From: Octopus sinensis | Lineage: Eukaryota | Direction: 5' to 3' | NCBI RefSeq assembly: GCF_006345805.1 | Contig: NC_043016.1 | Location: 23,374,001 to 23,438,000, forward strand | DNA length: 64,000 bases | Made by a program: the position numbers and the translations under genes | Notes under the pieces: generated by a model | Database searches by the model: none | The model's input: only the letters and a program-made list of their open reading frames with translations | Told to the model about the DNA's origin: nothing | Part shown: positions 12,401-23,780 of the stretch, one piece after another | How the letters are laid out: each line of letters starts with the position of its first letter | Position numbering within the stretch: the stretch's first letter is position 1

Positions 12401-13858
12401 ATAACAAAATAGCTGTCTGAAAAAGGAAAGATATCTAGCTTTTATATCCATTATTAATGCTGGTGGGGCCAATATATTACTTGGAATTAAAGGCTTAAAG
12501 TGCTCCTTTGGTACCTTTGATGATGAATGGTTTCCTTCAGAGAACCTATCACATAAATTTCCCACACCATTATAATGAGTACACACGTCAAATGAAGAGA
12601 CATTATCTTTTAAATATCGCAACATTTGATGTATCTTACAAATGCCATTACCAACAAATATATGTGCAGCCATCTTGGGCCTAGGAAAATCTTCAAAAGC
12701 ACCAAAAGCTTCTGGCAAGATTATCACTAATAGGTAATTCAATTCATTCACATTAAGACTGGTGATTATAATTAGATCTGTCATTAAAAAAAACATTTTC
12801 CAAGAGGAATTACCCAATTTCAAATTTAATTTTTGAAGCTGGATCGTTTTCATAACTAAAGATTGCAAATACTCGATGTAAAATCCATCCCAAAATTCAA
12901 TTACATTTTCCTGTGCTTTTAAAAGGAAAGGCACATGAAATTCTAAATTGATCAATAATATGATAATTACTTCCAAAGTTGGTTGACAGAAATCTAATAT
13001 TATTTCAAAAATATCATTGACAAACACTGCAAAACAAGCAATGCAGTGTTTTGTGCTGTTTAATTCATTGATAGGTACACTGTTCCTATATTTGTGGCAC
13101 AGATTCAATTCATCAATATTAATTGGTAAAGAGTCAATTATTTTAGAGTATTTCTGTGCTAAACATTGAAAACATTCCAGGTCAGGCTGATTACATATCT
13201 CGTCTTTATTACCAACTAAAAATTTAGTATCGTTCTCAGGAAATCCTTGTGAGTTAAATGTTTTAAACATTAGATTTCTTTTGGTCTTTAGCCATATTTT
13301 TAATCTGAAATAATTTAGGTGCTTTGCAGTGAGAATTCTCCTGAAGTGCAACTTTTTGTGGGAGACATTTAGTTTTGGGTGCAAAACATATACAGAGCCA
13401 GAAGTACACAAAACAGTGAAGCCCACAGAATAGAAAACAATGTCTGGTGTAGAAACTTTGTCTTCTTGGAATATCTGACAAAATGATTTGCTAATCACTT
13501 CAAACTGGTAACCATTGCCCGTTTTCATGTTCCTAGCTGCATATTCTGTGCAGCCATTTCTTTTGGGTATATAGATTTTATTGCTACATTTTCTAACCAG
13601 ATCATTTTTCAAACTGTAATGCACAGGACTGTATATACTTATGTGTCTGACTTGCTTTTTAGGGAAGTAAATTGTATCAGATCTAAAAGGCTTCCTAATG
13701 GCATGCTTTCGAAGTATATTGACACACATCCTACAATTGAGGCATTTACTATGCACAGCAAGTTTTGATAGCTTCAAAGGTAAATGTTTCACTTCTGGTA
13801 TTCTTCCAGTTGAATGCTTCAGTTGTTTTAAATCTATAGCATCTTGGCTTTCAAACAT
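5197..13858 (-). CDS. Spliced gene, join of complement(13858..9993, 5500..5442, 5204..5197), ~1310 aa; divergent NXF-family-like protein with a C-terminal TAP-C (UBA) domain
   Basis: 1289-codon open frame; donor TG|GTAAGA, acceptor ttttatccaacag|G, donor G|GTGAGT, acceptor ttttgctttttacag|GT; phases compatible (2, then 1). The spliced peptide aligns ungapped with the human NXF1 TAP-C sequence as recalled (13/34 identities, including CL...WDY...AQ.F). The last exon is uncertain. Confidence 0.8.
5442..5500 (-). CDS. 59-nt exon encoding the second half of the TAP-C domain (CLEWSQWDYGKAAQTFIYN)
   Basis: Canonical acceptor (ccaacag|) and donor (|gtgagt); phase-2 entry matches the giant exon's TG| end; carries the WDY motif. 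Confidence 0.88.
6400..6530. repeat. (GT)n microsatellite, compound
   Basis: Direct reading of the sequence. Confidence 0.95.
6640..6925 (-). mobile_element. tRNA-derived SINE (family A), degraded
   Basis: Reverse complement of the family A head (GGTTCAGTCCCACTGCATGGCACCTTGGGCAAGTGTC) and body seen intact at 51913-52366. Confidence 0.85.
7555..9084 (-). mobile_element. Full-length Tc1-family DNA transposon with ~200-bp IR/DR-type TIRs; transposase pseudogene
   Basis: TA|CACTG...CAGTG|TA ends; TIRs at ~7555-7750 and ~8880-9084 are reverse complements with TATTAGGCA-like direct repeats at both ends; minus-strand pieces GQKCDLTLNEKSTIV..GKSTIEISKILG (HTH), KRLQWAEEYMK, and decayed DE..TFDG and GG.V.FWAGI motifs. 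Confidence 0.93.
9993..13858 (-). CDS. Giant coding exon (3866 nt coding) of the NXF-like gene
   Basis: No stop over 1289 codons in AT-rich DNA; A at -3 of the ATG; in-frame stop 11 codons upstream; ends exactly at a GTAAGA donor; C-terminal Ser/Pro-rich low-complexity region (PQPPPPPPTAAAAAA). Confidence 0.93.
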
Positions 13859-14206
13859 AATTTTGTTGAAAATAGGAGTATAAAATTCTGGTTAGGAGAA
13901 ACTCTTGTTTTCTTCACACAGCTGCTTTTTGCTATAATAATTTCATTGGATTCACATCGAGCTTTCTGATAAATGAGAGTTGAAAAACAGAAAGGAAACA
14001 TGTATATCACTGTCTAATATGAATAAAAATATTTCTCATATACATATATGTATCATATATATATATTATGTATATTTATACACACGTGTATTTATACATA
14101 CGTATATTTGTATATTTATACATGCATATATACACATACATATATATAAATCTATATTTATACAAAAACATATACACATATATAAATGTATATTTATGCA
14201 TATGCA

Positions 14207-14238
<32 letters not shown>

Positions 14239-14344
14239 CATACATATACACATTTCTATATGTACATTATATATATATTCTCTGGTGTCTGGGGAGAGTC
14301 ATTTTCTTTTTAAAGAATCTTGCAAACCAAATCCAAAAACGAAA

Positions 14345-15471
14345 TATATATATTAATAAAAGTGAAATTTTGTCTGTCTGTCTGGGACCCCTGTATTTCA
14401 GTCTATATTTGCTCTACATAGACATATACTTTTTTGGAATCAGGATGAATCCAGGATTGAAAATCTGCCCTTCATTTGGTTCTTGAACATCCAGTATTAG
14501 GATCTGATTTAAAAACATTTGGGTTGCTATTCCTAGCAGGTAAAGTGACCATGAGAGGTTCAGGGCCATAGTATTACTGAGATAGGTGAACAAGAGTTAC
14601 CTTCCTTAGCTTTACTAAGGATTTTAGTGGTTTTTTAATCTTTTCAGTCATCAGAATATGACCATGCTGGGGCACCATCTCAAAGAATTTTAATTGAACA
14701 AATTGATACCAGTTGTTTCCTTTTTATGCCTGGTACATTTTTATTGGCCTCTTTAACTGAACTGCTAAGTTATGTGAACGTAAACACACCAACACCAGTT
14801 ATCAAGTGATATTGGGGGACACAGACACAAAGCCACACACACTTTTTTTCTATAATAATAACTACTGAGTTTCTTAACTCTTTGGATCCTCTTGGAATGC
14901 CTTCTCACAAACTGACATTGAAGAAAGGAGTTCCAATCATTTTTGAGAAATCTGGATCTCCGAAAGCTGTGCAATTGAACAAGACTGATAGTCAGGCAAA
15001 TGCATCCACATCTTTTGGAGGTAACAATCCCCACTGGACAAGGAAAGGGAGAAAATGTGCTTATTTTAAGAATTCCACTGATTCCAGCTGACATGCCCTT
15101 TAAATTCAAAAGATTTCAATTTCTAGTAAGAATTAGTTTTGCAATGTCAATTAACAAGAGTAAAGAACAATCACTCAAATTTTTTGGACTTCACCTCATG
15201 CAGCAGTGCTTTTCCCATGGTCAGCTCCTCTGTTGGTTGTTCCAGAGTTGAAAATGGCACCAATCTCTTCATACTCACACCAAATGGTAAAACTAAGAAT
15301 ATTGTTTATCTTACTGCTTTACAGTAATCTCCAAATGTCACAGTGATACAAAATTCTCCAAATGTGATACTCCGTGATATAAATCTGAGATGGTAGGATA
15401 CCAATAAATGCTTTATTATTATTATGTATCTCCTTAGTTTTGGGCTGGAGGCCCAATTAGTCCTCCGCTAG
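14345..15471 (+). mobile_element. Internally deleted Helitron with PIF1-helicase C-terminal remnant
   Basis: 14870-15327 encodes LDPLGMPSHKLTLKKGVP..RIPLIP.DMPFKFKRFQF.VRISFAMSINKS..QSL..G..L...CFSHGQL..CSRV..KTKNIVY (frameshifted); 3' GGGC-tggag-GCCC hairpin then CTAG at 15468-15471; Helitron-like 5' AT-rich/TGTC leader near 14345. Confidence 0.8.
14640..14845 (-). mobile_element. Family A SINE 3' half inserted in the Helitron
   Basis: Matches the reverse complement of the family A tail (cagtcat..ccatgctggggcacc..gaactgctaagttat..acacagacac). Confidence 0.75.
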
Positions 15472-15549
15472 CTTAAAAGACTGCACACTGTGTTTTTTAA
15501 GCTAGTATATTATATATATATATATATAATATATATATATATATATAAA

Positions 15550-15847
15550 TCTTTTATCTTTTACATGTTTCAGTCATTAGACTACAGCCATGCTGGGGCA
15601 CCACCATGAATTTTAGATGAATGAATTGACCCCAGTACTTATATTTTAAGCCTGGTACTTATTCTATCGGTCTTTTTTGCTGAACTGCTAAGTTACAGAG
15701 ACACAAACATACCAACACTGGTTGTCAAGTAATGATGGGACAAACACAGACACACTCATACATACATATATATATATAACCAGGTGGTGCTATTAAGTTG
15801 GACATGGCCTGGGCCAATAATGGCCGAAACCTATCAAAGTATCAAAG

Positions 15848-15897
<50 letters not shown>

Positions 15898-16030
15898 GTA
15901 ACAGGCTTTTCTCAGTTTCCATTTACCAAATCCATTCACAAGGCTTTTGCCCAAAGTGCCATGCAGTGGGATTGAACCTGAAATTATGTGGTTGGGAAAT
16001 AAGTTACTTACCACACAACCACTCCTGCAC
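15550..16030 (-). mobile_element. Family A SINE with expanded internal (TA)n
   Basis: Head and tail both present; internal microsatellite at 15850-15896. Confidence 0.85.
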
Positions 16031-16519
16031 CTTATGTATGTATGTGTGGGTATGTGTGTGTGTGTATGTATGGATATTTATATATATATGTGTGAGCGTA
16101 AATATGTATATGTATACATATATAGAGTGTAAGTGTGTTTGAGGATACTTAGTTATCAATATATTACTCTGCCCAAACCAATTAAAAAGTTATTTATTTA
16201 TTTCAGATTCGTGCCCTGGCAGATAAATGCTAATACAAGAAAGGTAAAGACATCCAGTCATTGTTGCCATATGAGCAGAACACATCAATTTGGAAACTAC
16301 CAACTTTCTAAATGTTGCAACATTACTTGTACAAAATGTTCAGATGGAACTGGAAGTCTGATGTGTATGTTTCAACTCTATTAAAGGGAACAAAACATTC
16401 TAAATGTTTGGATACCATAAGTACACTGCAGTTCATCCAGCAGGTTCAAATATTACAAATATTACAGAAAATCAATGAAGATCGTCGCCAAAGAACTCCA
16501 GGTCTTAACAACTACCTCT

Positions 16520-17770
16520 AGCAGTTAACAACTAGATGAATGGTTAGTAAGAGCTGTGCAAGCCATATACAGAGATGCTATCAGTAAGGTGAACATTGGC
16601 AATGAGTACAGTAAAGAATTCAGAGTAGGGGTAGGGGTCCGCCAAGGATCAGTCTTCAGCCCCCGCTTATTCATCATAGTCCTCCAGGCAATAACAGAGG
16701 AATTCAAGACAGGATGCCCCCTCTATGTTGATGACCTCGCTCTAATTGCTGAGTCACTATCAGAACTAGAGAAGTTTCAGGTGTGAAAGCAAAAATTAGA
16801 ATCGAAAGGCCTTAGAGTCAACCAAGCTAAAACCAAAGTCTTAGTAAGTAGGAAGGCAGACAAACTACAAATCTCTTCAGGTAGATGGCCCCGCTCAAAC
16901 TGTAGAAAAGGTGTAGATAGAAACTCCATAAGATGTACCCAGTGTAAGCTATGGACACATAAGAGGTGCAGCAATATCAAAGGGAGGCTAACTTGGAAGA
17001 TAGTTTTTGTATGTGACAAATGCTCAGGTACTATAAACACTGAAAATGTGCAGAGGACAGCTTCTGTCACATTCCATGGAGAAAAACTAGTAGTAGTTGA
17101 TAGCTTCAGTTAATTAGGGGACCAAGTCAGTAGCAGGGGTGGATGCTCTGAAAGTGTAGCTGCTAGAATGAAAATAGCCTGGGCAAAGTTCAGAGAGCTC
17201 CTACCTCTGCTGGTGACAAAGGGCCTCTTGCTTAGAGTAAAAGGTAGACTGTATGATGCACATGTGCAAACTGCCATGCTTCACAGCAGTGAAACATGAG
17301 CCATGACTGCTGAAGACATGCATAGCCTTGAAAGAAATGAAGCTAGCATGATACACTGGATGTGTAATGTCAGTGTGCACACACGACAGAGTGTAAGCGC
17401 CATGAGAAAAATGTTAGACATAAGACGCATCGGATGTGATGTGCAAGAGAAACATTTGCATTGGTATGGTCATGTACTGCAGATGGATGAGGAGAGCTGT
17501 GTGAAGAAGTGCCACTCCCAAACAGTGGAAGGAATCTGGGGTAGAGGGAGACACAAGAAGACATGGGATTAGGTGGTCAAGCATGACCTTCGAATGCTGG
17601 GCCTCACAGAGACAATGACAAAAGAATGAAACCTCTGAAGATATGCTGTGACATTGAAGACCCGGCAAATAAAGTGAGTCCACAGCTGTAACTTACACCA
17701 GTGTTGCATAACCAGCCCACTCAAAAGTACCTTGGATCGTAGGGGACATGCCGTGCTTGAGGAGACCTAT
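16520..17770 (+). mobile_element. RTE LINE 3' portion (RT domains to C-terminus), pseudogenised
   Basis: YRDAISKVNIGNEYSKEFRVGVGVRQGSVFSPRLF...YVDDLALIAES, plus C-terminal HLHWYGHV and KKTWD motifs. Confidence 0.92.
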
Positions 17771-17779
17771 CGAGTCTGG

Positions 17780-18010
17780 CACCAAGCAGTATTAGGGCTG
17801 CAGCCTGGCCAACGGGGCTCTGGTGAAAATTCCAAGAGGCGTCTGATCGGCAACTGGTAGCTTCGAAGTCGTTCTGTCTCTGCACCTGTGGAGACTCCAC
17901 GGTAAACAGGGTGTCCGGTCACTCGGGATATACATGCAGGATGTCGGGGACCGCTTGTGAATTCAATATTCCCACAAAACTTCTTCCATGAATCCTGCTA
18001 TGTCAGGACC
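17780..18010 (-). mobile_element. Possible fragment of a different LINE (I/R1/LOA-like linker)
   Basis: GC-rich island; a minus frame reads SWKKFCGNIE, resembling the SW..FC..IE linker motif between endonuclease and RT; single motif only. Confidence 0.3.
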
Positions 18011-18184
18011 AGAGAAGAAGCCAGCTCAACCCATCCTGAGTGAATGCCGTCACAAGTACAAGTACAATGGAGTGGGTATATTAACATATGCAGTATTATA
18101 GATCTATCATTGCTGTAATAAATCTATAATTTTAATACACTTTAATAAACATACATATATGTATAAATTTTATATATAAATATA

Positions 18185-18216
<32 letters not shown>

Positions 18217-21200
18217 TAATATTCAAGCTGTAGAAGGAGAGATAGCTCCTAGCCATGGAGATTGTAACAGGTTAGATTTCTTTAAGTTGATGCCTATTGT
18301 GTATGAATAATCAAAGGAGTTCCAAAGGGTTGCAAGTTGTCAAGCAGAAACATCTGACCAAGTCTTTAGTATAATATCAGGAAAGGTGTGACAAAGTAGA
18401 ATTGATGAGAAGAAGCACATTACATATATTAGTGGTACCAACTACCTACTTTAGGCACAACAGGAACTTTTGCATTAAAGCAGTAGACGAAACAGATCTT
18501 ATACTGGTAGGTTAATAATGTTTACATAATATATTAAAGAAGAATTTACTATAATGGCTTCTTGTTATTTTCTTCAGGTTCAGCAGATGCAGACACATTA
18601 ATTAAAGAGCTCTGACTACTTATCACACTAAGCCATATTTATTCTACACTACTATTAAACTGATACACACAAACTGACTGAGACAAGTGGAAGAAACTAA
18701 AAGACAGTGCTGGCAATAGGATCCAAATTACTGATCTACAAGCTGGTAGTCCAAAATAAAATTAGAGGAAACCCCTGTGACATGAATCCTACCCCCAGCA
18801 TCCCTATCATCCTTTCACAGACCGAATAACAGAACCAAAATTCCTCACAAATCATGGATTTAGTTATTGTTCATATAGACTTCTTGCTCATGCATGTAGC
18901 TTGTCAGTGCTGATCTTGGTTGTTCATCTCACTCCAATGCAAGCACCCTCCTGGCGCACACTGACTGTGAGTTCAAACTTCACTGGAATCCATTCTACTT
19001 TTTATATTAAGGCTAACAGAATCATTATTGCTTCAGAGAAAATGTTTAGAGGCATTTATTTTGGCTCTTTACATTCTGAGTTCAAAATCCTACTGAGATC
19101 AACTTTGCCTTTTACCCTTTCAAAGTGGTGCCCCAGCATGGCCACAGTCAAATGACTGAAACAAGTAGAAGGTAAAAGCTATGATTAACATGTTGTTCAA
19201 ACCACTATCATCATTCTGTCTGATATTGAAGACCTATCACCATCAGATAAGATCCAAAGTTGCTATTTTCTATCACACAAGGAAGATGGTGATAAGGAGT
19301 GGAATTAGAAACAAGAACACTCAAAGAACAAGAGTTGATGCTGCAAGGCATCCTCTTTGACATTCTTAATTCAACTAACCCACCTTTCTAGATTGGTACA
19401 GTAATTATCAGTTCTCCCTACCCCCAGCTCCATCCAAAAGGTAATGTTGACCTCAGCTGAATTTGAACTAAGAGCCCAAAAGTACACCAAAACAAAAACA
19501 AGGTATTATTCTATTATATATTCTCAGGACTGTGAATCCACCACCTCATTTTTTTTTCCTTTCTCTCCCTCCCTGCATCTTAATGTGATGCCTAATTGGT
19601 CTGAGTTCAAATCTTGCCAGAGGTTTGTTTTGTGGCCTTGGAGTTAATGAAATAAGTAGTGCCAATTATACACCGAAATTGATTCAATCAATTAAAATTT
19701 TCCTACAAATTATATTGGCACAGTGCCTATTGAAAAGGAATTAACAGTGAAGAACAACAAAAAGAATGAAAAAGAGAGAGAGAAAAAAAAACAGATAAAA
19801 ATATAGAAGCAAGTGATGGTGTATGCATGATCAATTATTATTATTATTATTATTTTAACATATCAACCAAATAAAAGTGTAGGTGGGCCAAAAATAGATC
19901 TAAGGTGAACTTGCTGTTTTAATTAGCTGCTCAAGAGAACAAACAGAAAAGCTAATTACAAACAGTAGAGGTAAGTTGGCAATGGATCAGTGGGTTCACT
20001 GCAGCATGGAACTTGTTACAAAGAATGCTGCTAGCAGTTAGTGGGTTAAGAAACCAAGAATTCTTAACGAGGATCTAAAACAATTAGAGAAAACAACTGC
20101 ACAAAAAAGTAAAGATCTGAAAAATTCGAAAAGGGAACTTGATTTTTAAGATTGAAACAATGCTCTCTTTTATTTCAATTAACACTTTTTACCATTTTAT
20201 CATTTTATATCCATGTTGCCATGTTAGCATGATTGCAATTACTTCTACACATTTGAACATTTGCATTACAACCACTCAGCCGTAAAGTAGAGCTACATAT
20301 AAAAATATAAATACCTAATAAATCCTGCAAGAGTTTTAATGACTGATTCTTAGCTTCAGTTTCATGGCATTAAGAGACTGAGAGTTAAAAATTACCCCTG
20401 GATAGGACATTAGTTTACTACAAATAATGTTACTGAAACCAACAAAGGACATTTTATGTAGTCACTTGGCTTCCTAGAAATAGCAGCCAAGTCTCTACCT
20501 AATTATATTCTCATATAGAAAGAGATGGGATGACAGCAGTTTGAACACCTTTGATCACATATCTGCTCAAACAGGATTGACTTGGAGCTAAACAACAAGT
20601 AATATTAATTAATAGATGATTTGTTACCTATTCCTGACAGGTGAAACTATGTACAATAAATGAAAACTGCATGTCAGTCAGACAAACAATGACATTTAGA
20701 GTTAAAACATGGTAGAGTGCCAGACTAAATTCTTTGCAATATTTAGTTTTCTTCCTTCTGTTTTGCAATTGAATCCTTTATTTTGAGATGATTCTGTCTT
20801 CTATTATTCCAGGGTCAATATAATAAATATTAGTAATAAGCAGTGTTCAATTTTAATCAAATATATCCTTGTCTTATAAAAACTGGTTCCATGCCAAAGG
20901 CAGTAATTCATGCTGCTGACTAGCATTGTGGTGTGGGTAAAGTTATGAATAAATTAGCCAGTTTCACCATGAAACGGGTCGAGAAAAAGTTGGACCGAAA
21001 TGGTGAATGCATACATCACCTACTGCTATATATTACCACCTGGCCACTATTCCTTGTCCAGCATTTTGTTTGATTATACCTATAGATTCTTATAGAAAAG
21101 AATGCATCCTTCTGAGCAAGCAGCATATCAGCTGTCAACAAGTTTTGAATGGGAGAACTGATGAATATTCAGATACGTACTGAGGTTATTCCCATCTACA

Positions 21201-22814
21201 CAGATCCCTCAATGGCAAGAAAGTGCAGTCACCCTTTGACAGGCAGGTTTTCCCTCAAATCATTTTCTTTGACGAAGCTTCAGTCCAAACTGCTTCTAGA
21301 GTGTTGTCAGGAAAATGAAGCCCTCTTCCGGATTAGTAATAAAGTCCGTAGAACTTCCACATTAGCATTCTATAGAGGACTAGCAGCATGGAAGAATGGC
21401 GATATTCTTCGATGAACTCCAAGCATCAATGAAACCCACCCAACAGGCTAATTATGAAGACTTTCAGTCTGAGACTCTGAATGACATCTCTAGCCTAGCA
21501 GTGCTACATGAGAGGCATTGATAGTTTAAGATAAACGTGCTTGTCTGGGGTACAGTAAAAATGATTGAACAATTCTGCACACAGTGATTTGGTGTCTGAC
21601 TTATGGCAGTATGTCAAACAGCTGTTGTAAAGTGTAGGACAGATCTAGTTATCAGCCAATTACAGCTTGGTGATCACCTTGTTTGACAATCACTCTGCTT
21701 GCATGTCCTTCCTGGCCAAAGGAAGTGGCTTGAAAGAACAGACAATTTTCCTTTGGTTATAGTAAAAGAACTTGTGTGGTTTACATGACCAAAAAGTTTG
21801 AGGACAGATGGCTTCATTTTTTTTACCAAGACATCACCTGGAGTGGAAGGCGAGAGCGAAGAGAGAGGTTCTGCACTCTAGCAAATTTCCTTGACAGATG
21901 ATGAGAGTATTGAGCAGAGTTTAAGTGAATGGTCCTATGCTCAACATATACCAAGAAGTCAAAGAACAACAACTGGGAGAAGGTACATACTATTGTTAGT
22001 TAAGGTAATCCTGAATCTATAGGGTTTCTCAACTGCCCCTAAACAGCAGTCTCTGCTTGGGAAATTACCACAGTTTACACACATCTATGTATAGCATTAT
22101 TTTTTCAACATTTCATTTCAATATAAACCTTGCAAACACACTTTCTCTATTGGCTCTGTAATGACAATCACCCTTGAAGTAACAGCTTTTCCACATGCAC
22201 ACAAAATTGCAAACCTTGCGAAAGAGTTATAATTATTATCATTTATTTATTTGCTCAGACAATAAGACATCTGACTGCAAGAGCTTAATTCTAGGGAACA
22301 ATATGTGCGCAAAAATGATTTAACTCGCAGACATTTAATGAAGCCACATTTAAACAAATCAAAGCCATTCAAGGGACATGGCATCTCATGGTAACAACAA
22401 AATCATCATCACAATGAAGTTTAATCACTTGCTAAATCTCTTGGTAAGTCATATTTAGTACAATGCAGTGCAGTATGTAATCTTATTTATCGATGTGACT
22501 AGAAGATACCATTATTTATCTGAAGTGACCCTCACTGCATACTAGCGGCACCCACTTATCTCTTCACCTAAAATCATAATACACAAGAAACAACCTAATT
22601 AATGCATTTATATGTGAAGACATTCATACAAAGATGAGGAATCGTTAAGCCCTAGACATTTTTTCCGTCTTCTCATCTCTTTCTCTCATAGAGCATAGGC
22701 TCAAAATATCAAAGACTTTTTCCATTCTTCCCGAGCATCAAACTAATATGCCTGCTTGTTGTTCCCTCATTTGTTTTCATATTTTGCTTTCTGTAAATTT
22801 GAACTATCTCTCTT

Positions 22815-23004
22815 TACTCTTATACTTGTTTCAGTCATTTGACTGTGGCCATGCTGGAGCATCACCTTTAGTTGAGCACATCAACCCCAGGACTTATTCT
22901 TTGTAAGCCTAGTACTTATTCTAACGCTAAGTTATGGGGACGTAAACACACAGCAACGGTTGTCAAGTGATGTTGGGGGTACAAACACAGAAACACAAAC
23001 ATAT

Positions 23005-23047
<43 letters not shown>

Positions 23048-23220
23048 TATATGACAGGCTTCTTTCAGTTTCCGTCTACTAAATCCACTCACAATGCTTT
23101 TGTCAGCCCGAGGCTATAGTAGAAGACACTTGCCCAAGGTGCCACGCAGTGGGATTGAACCTAGAACCATGTAGTTTGTAAGCAAGCTACTTACCACACA
23201 GCCACTCCTATGCCTACATT
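22815..23220 (-). mobile_element. Family A SINE, near full length
   Basis: Reverse complement of the 51913-52366 copy, including the A-box and B-box head. Confidence 0.9.
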
Positions 23221-23734
23221 TCAGAGAATATATATATGTTTATATATGTACCAAAACATGTGAATGTTTGCATTTGTATATACATGTATACATAGATATG
23301 ATGCTTTTACTAAATCTTCGCTTGTGCTCTTTTGTCTATGTTTTTATACCACACAACTGCCACAACAAACATGAACTACCTCCAACACCACCACGCAACT
23401 GAAACCATACACGCTGTCACTGATGTTTCACTAACAAATAATATTACAATATTGGCATCATTACAAAAAAAATATATTAAAATTTACATCAACCTCTACC
23501 ACTACCATAATTACCAAATCTACTAATACTACTACAGCTTTCATCAACAAACACTGTTGTTGCCACCAGAAATACTGCTGTCACCACCACCATCACCACA
23601 ACCATGACTACTACTCTAAACTATATGACACAGATAACACACCTGTATGACTTGGCTAAAATCTCACATTAAATTGATTGGCCAACTCTGATAATAAATT
23701 ATATATACATACATGCTTACACACACACACACAT

Positions 23735-23773
<39 letters not shown>

Positions 23774-23780
<7 letters not shown>

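Noticed and set aside
16200-18660. Isolated plus-strand acceptor/donor-like sites (near 16210 and 18577)
   Set aside because: No consistent reading frame or recognisable product; such sites arise by chance in AT-rich DNA.
20950-21960. Higher-complexity, coding-looking stretch with interrupted frames
   Set aside because: Probably an old transposase or LINE relic, but I could not identify any diagnostic motif; a tBLASTx/Dfam search would be needed.
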